This document shows, one piece after another, positions 1 to 13,349 of a DNA stretch of 64,000 nt. The notes beneath the pieces were generated by a model. The model was not told the origin of the DNA. It saw nothing but the letters and a program-made list of their open reading frames with translations, and made no database searches. Numbering within the stretch: the first letter of the stretch is position 1; each line of letters opens with the position of its first letter. Origin of the DNA: Amoebophrya sp. A120 (taxonomy: Eukaryota; Protista; Dinoflagellata); the NCBI GenBank assembly GCA_905178155.1, contig CAJINV010000017.1:62001-126000 (forward strand), read 5' to 3'. A program made the position numbers and the translations under genes.

Positions 1-46
1 TGCTGTATCTTTTTGAACGAGTCGCCTCCGCATTGCGTATAACACA

Positions 47-3000
47 ATGGCACCACGCCGGCCTGCACGAGTCGCGACGGGCTTCGCACTGCTTGGAAGT
101 GCGCACGCGCGCAGCTCGGCTCTTGGCTCTGAAGAAGGATGGCGCAATGAAGACTCGGGGGCGGAGCGTCCTGAAGGCGATCCCACCGACAATGAACTGC
201 AGCGCATCAAAGATCTCCTTTCCCGCAGTGATCTATCCGCGTCATTGTTGCAAGATCTCCCTGTTCCCGCAGCACTTCCTGTCGACGGCGGAAACCACTT
301 GCCAGAGCGCGCCGACGGCGTCTCTGCGGAATTATCTCGAGGGCACGACGCAACTGCGCATCTATTGGGATCGCCAGCAGCACCTGCCCCGCCGCTTTCT
401 GAGGCAGCACATCAGAGACAAACACAAACCACCGATTTGGACCAGCTGGCGTTGGAGATCGCCAGCTCACCGGAGTTCACCAACCGCGGCGACTACATGC
501 AAGAGCAAGACGCAGCTCCGGCCCTCAGCCCGACGTCCGCCAACTGCACCTGGAGATACTACAATCAGCCACTAGACCACTTCGCGGGGAAGACATATCA
601 ATCAAATTTTGTCTTCGAACAAAGAGTCTGCTTCTATGAGGGATTTGCATCGACGGAACAACGAAAAGAATCGGAACGACAGAACGAAGATGAAGGAGAA
701 GGAGATTTGCAACGAAGCCGAAGCGTTGCTACTGTCACCAGTACAACTCAATCACTGTCATCACCAGCACCAGCAGCTAGTACAACTTTGGCGGCACCAT
801 CAAAACCGTTCGACGTCGCCTTTTTCTACGTCGGCAACGAGTCTCCTCTTGAAGTCTACATCAACAACACCGGTTTGATGTGGAACCTCGGGAGGAAAAT
901 GCGCGCCGCCCTGATTTTCGCGGAGCACCGGTACGAGGGCGAATCCGTGCCGAAAAATTTGAACAACACGAAAAACTGCCTGGCGTATGCATCTTCCAAA
1001 CAGGCGCTCGCGGACTACGCACTGCTGATCGAAACGCTGAAGAAATTTGACCAGAACTACTCCAAAACTACCAAATTCATCGCCTTCGGTGGTTCCTACG
1101 GCGGCATGCTCGCCGCCTGGATGCGGACCAAGTACCCGCACCTGGTGCAGGGCGCCATCGCGGGCTCCGCGCCGATCTACGGCATCCCGACGTTCTTTCC
1201 GCAAATAAAACTCGACAGCTCCGCCGTCACGATTGCGCGGGGCCTCATGAAACCAGGAGGCTTGCCGAACAACGACTGTGCCGAAATTTACCAAATCGCC
1301 TGGCTCCTCCTCCAGTATTGGCTGGCGGAGACAAAGCACGGCGGGGAGGAGATTCAAAAGGCGATGAAGCTGTGCACAAAGCCTCGTATAATCACTATGT
1401 TCTGCTTCTGCACCAGCGGTTTTTTGACTTTCATCAACGTTTTGACCTATTTAGCTTCGAATTTCAGACATCAGTAGAGGTGGATGGCACGAGGACTGGT
1501 GCATGAAAATGGTCTCGTCTGCTAGTCGTGTCGACTATAGAAGCAGTTGTGGTGACGCATGAAAGATGAAAATATAACAACTTTACAGGTCCGAAAGACA
1601 GCCTGGCCCTCCTGACCTTTCTCCAGTCCGCGTTCTTCCTCCTCGCGGAGGGCAACTACCCGTTCCCCTCGGATTACATCACCGGCGCGGTGGGTGGAAA
1701 CATGAGCGCAAAACTGCCCGCGTGGCCGATGAGAAAAAGCTGCTCGAATTTGCTCGATGGCTTCAAACCAGGAGGGCAGCACTACCGAAAGGTCTTGAAA
1801 TTGGACCGGGAGAAATCTTCATCTTCAGACGGGACGAAGTTTAACGTCACCATTTTCAGTGGGAAGGAAGGTGCTGCCGAAAACGACAAGAGCTTAGATG
1901 CAGCATCAGCTTCCGCGGCACACACCGCTGGCATTATTAGCGACGCACTAAAGCAACACACGAAGTCGACTCCCAATAAACAACCTCTCCCGGTAAAAGC
2001 ATCATCTTCATCAGAACGCGCCCCCTCTTACGTGTTCAAATTTCAGATCCAAGTTGACGGAAGTGAATATACGGTTGACAAGAAAACTTCCGACAGTTTT
2101 CCGGAACAAATTGCGTCCGAACTGCTGGAGCGCGTGTCCGCGGGGGTTGCTGTGTGGTACAACGTCACGGAAAGGGTGGAATGTTTGGATTGGGAGGGCT
2201 TTGTGCCCGATGCGGAAAAAAACGATCACGATGAGGATGATGACAGTGATAATTCCGCGTCTTCTGATGTGTCGCACGACCCAAAGAGCAGCAGCACCGA
2301 CATAGTTCAGAAATACCGGCGACGCGCCACGCGGCAGCTTCCGTTCCGGTCTCTCAGTAAGGGAATGCTGATGAACACTATGCTGGCTGCTCCAGCGAGG
2401 TCGTCTTCACTACCGAATAGCAACAGCGAGGGCAAGGCAGCAGCAACGACGTCGACAACCGCGAACGAAAGTACGGGTAAGAGCAAAAAGAAACTGCTAC
2501 TGTCCTCATCCTCTCATGCCGTGCAGCGAGGTAGCAGTTCCATCGCGGAGGAGAATGTTGAAAATAACGACGTCTGCCTGTACAACTCCAACGACCCTGC
2601 AAATCCCAACGCCGTCCCAGGCGCATTTAGCTGGGGTCCGACAGTTTGCAACGACCAAATGTTTTTGGTCAACACGATCTCCCAGGGCTTCGGTCGCGAC
2701 AAATTCTTCTGGCCACCCACTGGCGCGGCGAACCTGACGGAGTTGTACGGGGAGGCTGAGAAGCCGATAATTGAAGTCACGCATGAGAACGAGAATAAAG
2801 CTGCTGGTGCCCCCACGCAACAGCAACAAGCACAAGCATCTACCCCTGCTTCTCCCTGCAGCCAAGAGTACGCGGCGCAGCACCTGTACGGGTTGGCAGA
2901 AAGGAACGACTTCTACGGCCAGGAGCTGTTTTCCTACTACGGCATGATGCTGGAGTCGAGCAACATCATCTTTTCCAACGGCTTACTGGATCCCTGGATC

Positions 3001-3864
3001 GGCGGCGGGGTGTCCGTCCCGCAAGATCTACCGCCGTACCAGAAATATCGCGGGAAAGTGGTGTATCCGGTGAAAAAGGAAGATGAAGTCGGCATCGCGG
3101 CAGATGGCGGAACAATACATCGTCGCCCAAAGCCCGACGACTTACTAGTTGCTCTGATCGAGAAGGGGGCGCACCATCTGGATTTGATGTTTCCGTCGAA
3201 GGGGGATCCGCTGGAAGTAAAATACATCCGGTATGTCGAGCGGAAGTTCATCGAGAAGTGGACGAAACAGCATGTTGAACAGGAGGCGACCGAGCTGCCG
3301 GTTGTGGACAGTGCAAGGATAACAAGAATAAACGAGAAGATTGATAAAAGAGACGCAGGTGGAACAAGCAGCACGAAATCAACAGCAGGCGACGACTACT
3401 TATCAAGCGAAGCGTATGGAGGCGTCAGGTTTGAAATCGTCAGAGTTGGAATAATTTGTAATGCATAAAACGCATGACCCGAGGCACGTGTGTTGCAGAG
3501 CAGGCAAGTGAGGCCGATTGTAAGCCTGTTTGGGGTTACAGCTCGAGCTGCTAAAGTAGCATGAGAAAATCGCTCTGCTTTGCCTAAACAGCATGACAAA
3601 CAGGATTTAGGGACCACCGAGATTTGTCATGCGCCACTTAGAAACTGGGCTCCAACTCGTATCCATTTTATGCATGATAAATTATTTCCTTCGGTCCGCC
3701 TGACTCCACGACCTGGTGGCCGAACCATCTGCGGTGAGGTGCCCTTACAGGTTGTGTAGTGGTTTCGGTCGGTTTAGCATGACAAATTATTTCAACTTTG
3801 TCGATTTCAACTCTGACACATCCATAAAGCGGGTGTCGTGGAGGAGCAGCCCGTCTGGCAGTGA
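47..3864 (+). CDS. Serine peptidase family S28 (prolylcarboxypeptidase/DPP7-like), secreted or lysosomal. Exons 47-1385, 1589-3414, 3832-3864 (stop at 3468 if the terminal element is retained)
   Basis: Motifs QPLDHF, FFYVGNES, AEHRYEGES, QALADYA, GGSYGGMLAAW (catalytic Ser), GNYPFP, SNIIFSNGLLDPW (Asp), GAHHLDL (His). GT-AG intron 1386-1588 joins ORFs 47..1477 and 1690..3468 in frame. Signal-peptide-like N-terminus and long low-complexity insertions. Confidence 0.92.
3415..3826. mobile_element. TIR introner/MITE, TATGGA family, 5-bp direct repeat AAGCG
   Basis: Left end tatggaggcgtcaggtttgaaatcgtcagagttggaataatttgtaatgc matches the reverse complement of right end gcatgacaaattatttcaactttgtcgatttcaactctgacacatccata. 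AAGCG at 3410-3414 and 3827-3831. Homologous to 10939-11244 and 30829-31432. Confidence 0.93.
3689..3776. mobile_element. 88-bp insert inside the introner TIR, flanked by a 17-bp duplication (short copy)
   Basis: gcatgataaattatttc (3672-3688) and gcatgacaaattatttc (3777-3793) flank cttcggtccgcc...ggtcggttta, which is near-identical to the 3' part of 31116-31382. Confidence 0.75.
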
Positions 3865-4654
3865 TCACTGAGCTACAGCTGTTTTGTAGAACAAATGGGC
3901 AGGCGAAATAAGAACATTACAATGCGCGTCCTGTTTGTGTTTGAGCCTTTTTCTTTTATTTTGCAATTTTCTTCTTTATCTTTTGGTTTCCGAACCCGAA
4001 ATCCGTGCGTGTGAGCGGAGACGCAACATGCAGTTCCACATATAAAGACGATATAATGTCGTGAAATGAATCGATATATAAGGTTAAGGTGACACGCAAG
4101 GCCAAGGTGGCAAAGCGAAGCAGCTTGCTCGCTTCCACAGGAAGCGAAGCAGTTCGCTACTTTCACGTAACGAATAAAAAGCTGCCGCTTGTTCTTGTGT
4201 ACCTACTCGAGCATCGCAGACGTGTTGGAAGCCGCTACAGCACCAGCCCCTGCTTGGAAGGTGAAGAGCAGGTAAAGCGTGGCACTTTTCTGATATGCCA
4301 GAGTTGCAAGACCAAGAGTGGAGGAGTCACTTTGAGTAACAGCTGTACTCTGTAACACGTGATAGTTGAGCTTGAGGGGACGAGCGGTGTTTTTTCTGTC
4401 AGGCAGACACAGCAAGCAAGAGAAATCTAAATTCGACGTCCACGTACCTAGTTGTTTCATCTCAGCGCAAGCCCAATCTGGGCGAATCGAACGGCGCAAC
4501 AAAGAATTGATGCCCGCCCGATAACAGACCGCGCGCAGCTCTTCAGCTGCGAAGAAACAGTTCTTTGCTTGCGAGAACGACGGGCAGCACGACAGTTGCA
4601 GCTGCATCGACCTAGCTTGACCGACGTTCTCCTTTGCGTGCATCCGCAACGAAG

Positions 4655-5780
4655 ATGCTTCGTCACTTGGCCAGAAAGTCGCCAGCTGGTCGTGTACCAG
4701 GGCCCATTTCCTGCTCCGCAGTCGCACGACCTTCCGTTGGTGGGTTTTCCATAAGACCAACAGTTTCATCCGGTGGTCCCCGCAACAGTGCTGCTGGCGG
4801 CGCAATACAGCTTGTTTTACAACAGCAATCTACATCGACCTCAAAGCGGTACTTTGGTGGGGGCGGAGAATCATGGAAGCACGGTCGTGAGCACCTGAAG
4901 CCGTCCGGTGGTTTGATCGACGGGCTGGCAAAGATGGGTGAATTCTTCCATGAGACGCCGGTCTCGGAGCTAAACAAATGTATACAGGATTTTCCTTTTG
5001 CAAGACAACCATGACAGAGTCAAAGGCTGATTGAGATTGACAGTGGCGCAGCATGACAAATTTCCGCATTCCAATTATCCAGGCGTTCCGCCGAAGACGA
5101 CTTTCGAACGCGGACAATGGTGGGTACATGGGAATGATCTGAACCACAACCTGCCAGAGCAGTCCGCCTATTGCCACTACATCGATGTACATACATTGAT
5201 TTGAATCTAAATCAATGGAGTTCTTTGGCAGAGCAGTGTAGTGCTCACAGCGATTGCGCCTTGCTCCTTTCGACGGATGAGCGTTGATCGAGGTCTCTCG
5301 CTCTATGAATGTGCAAACTCTTCGTTCCACGACCTGCGATGAAAATAAAAATACGCACAGCCGCAATATTGGTCCCGGGATAAGCAGCGCATGTACGGTG
5401 ACATGGAGTACATGGTAAAAATGGAGTGGTTGCTTTTCTGGGTGCCTAGTTTCATTATCATGGGCCTCGCAATCCCCGGTATTTGCGGCATCTACGCTGC
5501 GGAGGACGCTGTGGATTGCGAGCTGGTGGTGAAAGTGATCGGCAGACAGTGGTAAAGAGTTGCGTTTGAAAATTTCTTGCGTTGTTCTGCATGGTGCATT
5601 TTAAATCTAAAGCTTTGGCTTTTTGCACATGCACTCCCAGAAGTTAGTACCTGGACGAAGAATAAAGGTCTAATCTGTCATGCTGTGAAATGAACATCAA
5701 CCCACGAAACATCCATCTTCAGGTACTGGCTGTATGAGGTCGAGAGTCCGATTTTAACGGAAGAGGACGAGGAGGACTGA
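4655..5780 (+). CDS. cox2a: Nuclear-encoded cytochrome c oxidase subunit 2a (N-terminal half of split COX2). Exons 4655-4979, 5083-5186, 5361-5551, 5723-5780
   Basis: Spliced product ends MEWLLFWVPSFIIMGLAIPGICGIYAAEDAVDCELVVKVIGRQW|YWLYEVESPILTEEDEED*, giving the COX2 TM helix and QWYWxYE motif with the acidic tail typical of myzozoan COX2a. Arg/Ser-rich presequence. Three GT-AG introns keep the frame. Confidence 0.92.
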
Positions 5781-6643
5781 AAAGCGTGCACCTTCGACGG
5801 CTCTGTGTCAGCATGTAAGTCACGGCAATCCACCGCTTGCCTTGCAAGACAGTGCGCTTGACCGAAAAATAAAGTTGTGGTCAAAAACAAAAGCTGCACA
5901 AGAGCGAGCAATATTGCAGTTGTAGTGCGCCAAGAGTAACAAGATCTATCCGTTAACAAGGACGACAACTACATCAGGGCAAATCAAATCATGCCCCTCC
6001 TGCGGTTGTACGGCTATCGCTGTCGTGCGGATAGAGCATACGCGTTCTATTTCGACGAGTTCGTGAAGATGTCAGGTCCAGTGTTAGAGAACTTCAGGAC
6101 GGTACTCGAGAGCAGCTATTTTCGAGTGCATTTGCGCGCCACGGGTGGTGCGTGGTGGGTGAGTCGAAACAAGCTGCTCCAGCAGAACTTGAGTTCTTTT
6201 CAAAAGCAAGACGAGGCGCAATGGTCAGCGTTACGAGTCATCCCGAACAAGAGCGAAAGTCACAGTTCTTAAGAGAGCTGTGCGAGCCGCAGCCACTGCT
6301 GTTATGATTTGGTGTAAGTAGCTCTAGCTGTAGCTCTGCCTCTGTCTGGTCTGAGCTTCTCAACCGCGACGTAAAGATCAGAATTTACACCAAAAATATG
6401 TCGCGCTGTGCTGATTTTTTCACCTCCGGTCTTCGGCGTAGGCGGCGAGCACAATCGGAGCCACAGCGGAGCGTCGGCGAGGAAATGGTGCTTTGCAGGA
6501 ATAGCCTGTGTACTAAGACGACATCGCCGGCACGGCAAGGATCACTGGAATAAAAAACGGCTCCGCGCTCCATAAAAGAAGTGCGAGGAGGTAACGGAGA
6601 CTGGGCACATTGTCCTACGACATCGATAACCACCGCGAGAAAA

Positions 6644-9600
6644 ATGCTGCAGCGCGGAATGAGCCTGGCGTCGGTGTCCCCCGGGGGCCCTGTCGGCAAG
6701 CAAAACTCCACCGAATCTCATTTACCGGCCAAGTCCTCTGCTTCGTTTTTCGCCACGGCGGTTTCTTTTCGGGATAGGATAGCCAGTATTCTGCCCACGC
6801 CCTTCAAAACGGTGGCGTTTGGGGCAGTACCGGAGGTACTTTTGATGGGTTGATTCGCATTTCATTGACTTGTGCTTCTGGCCAAAGCAATCCACTCTAT
6901 CATGCGCGATCATATAGTGATCATGACGTTACTAGCGTTACGGTAGTGTTAGTGGACCAGAAGTAGCAGTACACGACTCAAAACGCACATGCTCGAAAAT
7001 TAGGTCGTTGAAATTGACGCTGCGAGTGGCGACGAAGAAGATTCTTCCTTCGCTTCCCAAGACCTAAACAGTCCCGCGACCAGGCAAGAGAGCGAGAAGG
7101 CGAAGAAGATAAAGAACCGCAGGAAGACGGGTGCGGTGCAACAAAATAATCGGCGGGACTCGAACGCGAGCCAACTGAGTCGGAATTCTTCCAAGTTGTC
7201 CAAGGAAATCGCAGGGGAAAACGACAACTCCGACGAGGACGCGACGCTGGACGCGTCGGAACTCGCCATGAAAGAGGAGCGGAAGGCGCGGAAGCGTGCC
7301 TCGCTGCAGGCCTGCGCGAAGCAGGCGTCGGTGGCGTACAGCATTTTCACGGTGGACGACAGTATCGACACGCGGGTCATCCGTTTTAACTCCGGCTTCA
7401 ACCGGCAGCTGACCGTGATCCTCACGATTTCGGTCCTCTGGACCGCCGGCTACACGCCGTTCTTCATCGCATTTTCAGATCGGATGGAAAAACTGTGGAG
7501 TCGGGACGGGAAAGAAGCAGTGGATACAATGGAAAACGACGAAAGCGTGGAAAACTTGCTTCCCGTCGCGATTTTCAACCTGTTGGTCGATCTGCTCTAC
7601 GCGTACGGGGTTTTTCTCCGTTTGTTCACGAGCGTCTGTGACTTGACGTTCGGGAAGGAGTGGTGCAAATTGAAGACCATCCGGTTCCACGTTTTTCGCA
7701 TGCGGACCTTCTGGCTGGACTCGTTGAGCCTACTACCCTTGCTGCTCCAACCGCTCCCACCGTTCACGAATTTGTTTTTCGGGGATTGGAACTCGGTTTC
7801 GAAAACCTTCGAAGCCTTCAAGCTCCTCCGGCTCTGGCGGCTGATTCTAATCCCATCCAGCCATCTAGAAGCGGAGTACTCCATCTCCGTCCACATTGGC
7901 CGCGTGGTCACCTGGGTTTTTCTCCTTGGGCACGTGCTGGGCTGCTTCTGGTTTCTGATTCTCGAGTCCAACAGCACGACCGATTTGCACGTCGACATTT
8001 CCGACGATATCATGGTGAAGCAGCAGACCCTGCACTCCTGGTATCTCTTCGGGCTGCGGGAGGGGGTTTACATCCTGACCGGCCGGGTACGCCCCGCGTT
8101 TTCCGACCAGGAAATGACGTTGCTCTCGTTGATGTCACCGACGGGGAGCTTCTTTTTCGCCATTGTCTCCGCGAACTGCACGGTGCTGCTGTCGAGGTTG
8201 GACGCGGTGAAGAGGAAACACCACGAACAGATGTGCTTCGTCCGCTCGGCGATGACTAGTTTGAATTTACCGGACGACTTACGATCCAGAATCGAGAAAT
8301 ACCACTTGTTCCTTGCGATCCACCACAACTTGAACGCATACAACTCCCTGTTTCAGGTATAATGTTATGGTGTAGTTCTTCTTCTTGTTGATTTGATGCT
8401 TCGGTTTTCATCTTCCTGGTTCTGGTACTAGTGCAAAAAAAAAAACGAAATAAAACATAGCGGCTCTGGAGGTCGTTTTTTCCGACGATCTCGGTTGATG
8501 TGGTATAGTATATCCAAACCGAAAAATCTTCAACCCGCTTATTTCCAGGGCCTCAGCGTCCAACTGTTCACGGAGTTGAAAGCGACGATTTACGACAAAC
8601 TTTTCCGCAACGCGCCGTTTTTCCGCAACGCACCGGAGGAGTTCATCCATTCCATTGTTCTCGCTCTCGAGGAGACTACCTTCTCCCCCGGCGAGAACGT
8701 CATTATCCAGGGAGAGATCGGCGCGGAAATGTACTGGATCCTCCGCGGCCGCTGCGACGTCATCGACTCCAGTGGGATTCGTGTGGTGGCGACGCTTTGC
8801 GAAAACAACTTTTTCGGCGAAGTCGCGCTGCTCGTGCAAACGCCCCGGCTGTGCTCCGTCCGCGCCGCGACCTATTCCCTGCTCGCACAAATCACCCGGG
8901 ACAAATTTCTCCCGATCATTGACGAGTTTCCGCAGCAGAAACAGTACTTCATCGAGAGGATACGGAGCTACCAGCTGGAGCAGAGCAAAGACAATGACCA
9001 ACAACCGCAAAGCGACGACCCATTCCTGGAGCCGGAAGGCCGCGAGGTCGAGCCGCACGTAAACGCGACGCCGGCCGTCGTGTCGGTTGCTTCGGAACAG
9101 CAGCATAACTACAATGGTATGACAAGTTCAACGACCTCCGGCGCGACTAAGCACCACGTCAGTAGTCCAAGCAGTACTTCGGGGCAGCAGCAAGGCAAGA
9201 AGCAGGCTCTGCTCCTCCTCGATACGGTGGACAAAAGTGTGTCCGACTTTCAGAAGCAAAAATTCCGGAAAACCGGAGTGGCGCCGGCCATTACGATCTC
9301 GAAAGAAAAAAGCTTCGGCGCGGCGGAACAGGGCGAGGAGGAGGACGAGAGCGGCGACAGGGAGGACAAGGTGAATGAAATAACAAAGGTGTACTCCACG
9401 ATCTCACCATTGGCGCAACATCTGCCCCCAGCGGCGCAGCAACACAACAAAGTCCGGTCGAGTTTTGCGCAGCCCGGGAGGGAGAAGATCCTGGGGCGGA
9501 GAACCTCTTTCGCGCAGGGCTTCGGCAGGCCGGGAGAGGACTCAATCGAGTTGGGCGACGGTGCGAGCTCCATACACACGGGCCACCTGGCCGGTGGCGG

Positions 9601-11691
9601 CAAAGGGCTGATGCGGAGAAACACCCGGCAAAGCATCGGGGAGCAGAGCGAGGGCGGAACGAGAATCTACACCGCTTTGGACCAGGAACTAGAGAGCGAG
9701 GTAACTGGTCGTCTGGCGATTCTTCTCCTAGCTACGTAATGTAATTTGGTAGTGCCCGCTAGTCTTGTTACCAAGTAGTGAAAATCATGACTTCAGTAGG
9801 TGTAGGTGTAGGTGAGCGATCTCTCAAATTCTGCCACTGGAGAAAAGATGATGTTGCTGATGTCATTCGAGCACATTGACAGTTACATACGAAGACTTAT
9901 TCGGTCTAGGAAATTGCAGCTGTTGATCTCCTTTCTTGCTCATTTATCGGCATCACGATTATGGTCCGCGGTTTCATTGCGAGTACAACCATCAACCCCT
10001 CGCCCAGGTCGCTCGGCTACATCGCGAGATGGAGCGGCAGACGGCCCAGAAATTCAAGCTGGCGGTGACGAACCCGATTCAAGAAAAAATCCACCAACTT
10101 CGGGTAGAGCACGAGAACGACTCCTCCAAGCGCCGGCTCTCCGCGCTGCCAACAACCGGCGGGGGCGGCGCGAGCAGTTCCTCTGCGCACGACAGCGGCA
10201 CCACTACCAACCGAGTGGTGGGCAGACTGACCACCGCGGTTTCGAAGGTTGTTTTGGGGAACAAGTTGCGCCAAAGCTTTGCGGCCCCCTCCCCGGACAG
10301 CGCGTCGGTGGGCATGTTCGACGACAAAGGCCATGCAGAACTCAAGGACTTTTCCGCTCAGCACCAAGCGCAGAAGAAAAAGGAGTTGGGCCGCCGCGCG
10401 AGTCAGGTCAGCAACCACCACGTCGTCTCCCTAAACGCCATGCTGGCCAACCCAAGTTTTGCGAGGAAACAAACTTCTGCGTTGGTCTTTTCAGCGGTCT
10501 ATTGAGTCAATGCCAAGAGGACTGCACAAAGTGAAGAAAGATGTTGCTGCAGCTCATCATCGATCTCTGCTGGAATATACTTGCATGAAATAGCAGGACT
10601 GCACCCGCCACGGACAGCAGCTCACTTTTGGCGGCGTGCGCTCGCGGTAAAGTACTTAGTTGCAGCATATCGAGGACTATTTGTATTTCCGTTTGTTTGA
10701 CAACTCGACGCATCGGCTTTTGTCCTTTCATACGTGTGGCAGTTTGAACATTTGCAATCCAAAGAGCACGGGTAGCGGAAGTGGAGGGGGCGGTGGTAAT
10801 CTTCTTTTTCTCGGGTTTTTGTCGTCCTATGAAGAGTGTAATATGCGAAATCATTTTATGATCTAGCGAAGGTCATCAAGTTGCGAACTGAACGCAAATT
10901 TGTCCTCGCCCTTTTGACTTTACGGACTGCAGATCAATTATGGAAGTGTCAGAATCGAAATTGACAAAATCGAAAAACTTGTAATGCATAAAATCGATAC
11001 GAGTTGGAGCCTCAGTTTCCAAGTGGCGCATGACAAATTTAGGATGCACTAAAATCCGGTCTGTCATGCTGTTTGGGCAAAGAAGACTTCTCCTGTCATG
11101 GTACTCTGGCAGCGCAGCGCCTTCCCCTAAACAGGCTTGCCACCGTTCTCGTTTGCTTGCTCCCCAACACAGGCCATACGTGCTCTACATTTCATGCATT
11201 ACAAATTTTTCGATTTTGTCGATTTCGATCCTGACAGTTCCATATCAATGATCTACTGTCGAGCTGCCCCTACTTCATCTTCTCACATATCACCCAACAT
11301 GCCAGGTCTCGCCGTGAGTTCCGTGTTGAGCGAGCAGCGCATGTTGAAGCAGCAGATTCTTGAGCCGTTGAAGGAAGAGCTGCACGTGATTCGCGAGTTG
11401 GTGGAGGACGTGCTTGTCCAACAAGAAACGATCGAGATGCAGATTCGCGTTTTGGATTCGAACCAAACGCAGCTCCAAATGACCCACAACCAAAGCATGA
11501 AAAAGCTCGAATCGGTCGGCGGGGGAGGAGGTGGTCAAGGTCAACAACAACTCGCAATGGCGCCAAGCAGATCCACCAGAGACGGCGACCAACTCGAGCA
11601 CCTGCAATCGCTGGGCGCTCTCGATTCATCTGCGGTTGGGGACAGCGGGGGACATGTGCCTTTCGGGGGGCCCTTGCTGGAAAGCGACTAA
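6644..11691 (+). CDS. 6-TM ion channel with C-linker and cyclic-nucleotide-binding domain (KCNH/HCN/CNG-like). Exons 6644-6835, 7004-8356, 8549-9700, 10008-~10480, 3' exons uncertain, ending 11691
   Basis: S1 WTAGYTPFFIAF, FWLDSLSLLPL, S4-like FKLLRLWRL, LLGHVLGCFWF, C-linker LPDDLRSRIEKY, CNBD FSPGENVIIQGEIGAEMYWI...FFGEVALLVQTPRLCSVRA, and a C-terminal coiled coil. GT-AG introns 6836-7003, 8357-8548 and 9701-10007 are in phase. Confidence 0.88.
10939..11244. mobile_element. TIR introner/MITE, TATGGA family, 5-bp direct repeat TCAAT, probably inside an intron of the channel gene
   Basis: tatggaagtgtcagaatcgaaattgacaaaatcgaaaaacttgtaatgcat ... atgcattacaaatttttcgattttgtcgatttcgatcctgacagttccata. 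TCAAT at 10934-10938 and 11245-11249. The core is the reverse complement of the 3415-3688 core. Confidence 0.92.
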
Positions 11692-13349
11692 TTGAAAATG
11701 TTTACGCCGCTCCTCCGAGGGAACCGGAATATAGAAATTCGCTGTTGGTCCCGCGAAAAGGCTCTCGCTCTTGCACCGAGGTGGGCGCCTTCAACCGGGA
11801 TGGATGACAAAATGAAATTTTACTACATCTACTTTGCAAAATAAAAAGTCACAGTGTGTTGTGAGTCCGAAGATGTACTAGATGACTAGATGAAAGCTCA
11901 CGATGGACGAGGAGCCGTCGATTACTATGTGAAGGACGAGATCCAACAATATTGAAATTCTAAACTACGCTAGTTCTAATCGACGAGTAAAAGTAGTGAA
12001 AGTGGCAGAGGCAGTGAGTGAATAGATGAATAGCAAAAGCTTGCACTATGGAATGCCGAGGAAGTCGAGGACCTCGCACTTCTCGCAAGGGAACCTGGAG
12101 GACATTCTCCGCGCAAGAGGGACACTTCCTTCAGGTGCGCTTAGGTTCAGCTAAGTAAATCATAAAGAAGTTTAAAGTGATCATCGTCATGGCTAAGGGA
12201 TTTTTTTTCAAGAGTACAAAGCCGGAGGCACATGGTAGTGAAAAACTACCCTGTCTCATCTCACATGCTATTCGACGACGAGGAGCTTTATTTTGTAGAT
12301 AGACATTATTGCTGTACAAAAAAGATCGTAGCGTGCGAATGCGATATGGTCAGTGTCAATGCTACGTTCGAAGGCATCAAAGAACTCGTCATGAAAAGTC
12401 CGTGCGTGGTAGATGACCGCGTAGCAAATAGCAAGCGACATCACCGTTCTGGTCGTTAATGGCGACTTGCGCAACCATCTCTGTTTGAAATTGCAGGACA
12501 GGAACTGGCGTAGCCACGAAACGTGAAAGGATAATACCGCTGCATGTCTGGCAGTGTTTGATGTCGTGATTAACGTTGTAGTACCACCATATTTTTTGAG
12601 GTGAGGTGCCATGCGCCATTAGTGAGATTGGAATTATGATGGAGTCGCAATCAGTAGCACGCTCGGTTTCGTTCTTCGGTTGTGTCGTTCTTTGGAATCG
12701 TGAAAGTCAAAATCTTGTCGTGGCTGATCTCACAAAGAATTTCAGTATACGGTCGTTGCCTCCCTCGTCCTCCAATACCGTGTCGTCTTCGTTTCGTCCG
12801 CTGAGGCAATCCTCTTGACCTGCTAAGTGTAAGCCGTGCATCCGTACCTCCACATTGTGATTGTTTTCGTTTATGATGTCCTCCACGTCGTACGAGACAT
12901 CTCACTCTATTTTGAAGAACCTCTACTGCGTGGAAATGAAGAATCGCAGAATGATGTCCATACTGCAGATGTTGCACCATGCCAGCCATGTAAAAAACAG
13001 CACCATTGACATATCCCCAACCTCCAAGGTTTGTCTAGAATACAACCCCCCGCCGCGTAGTTTGTTTCAAAGAATTCCCCTATTTGATTTGTCCCCGACC
13101 GTCAAGCACGATTTTTTTTATTTTCTCCCACCTGTCGAAGACTGACTCTTTACCCTTATTTTCGTCTAGGTGTAGTAAACTTACATTTTGCAAGAGTTTT
13201 GCCACAGAATCTACGTGTGCCACCATGTTCTCCCGGCTCTCTCTTGTCGATGGTTGAAGATTCCTCGCGGCTGGAGCATCCGTTTTTCCACGAGCTGAAG
13301 AAACTCCTAGCAAATTCTGGTACCGGGCAGAAGCAACTGCGAAGCGGTC

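Noticed and set aside
3689-3776. Hammerhead or HDV ribozyme in the inserted module
   Set aside because: Stems are possible, but I found no CUGANGA/GAAA core or convincing nested pseudoknot on either strand.
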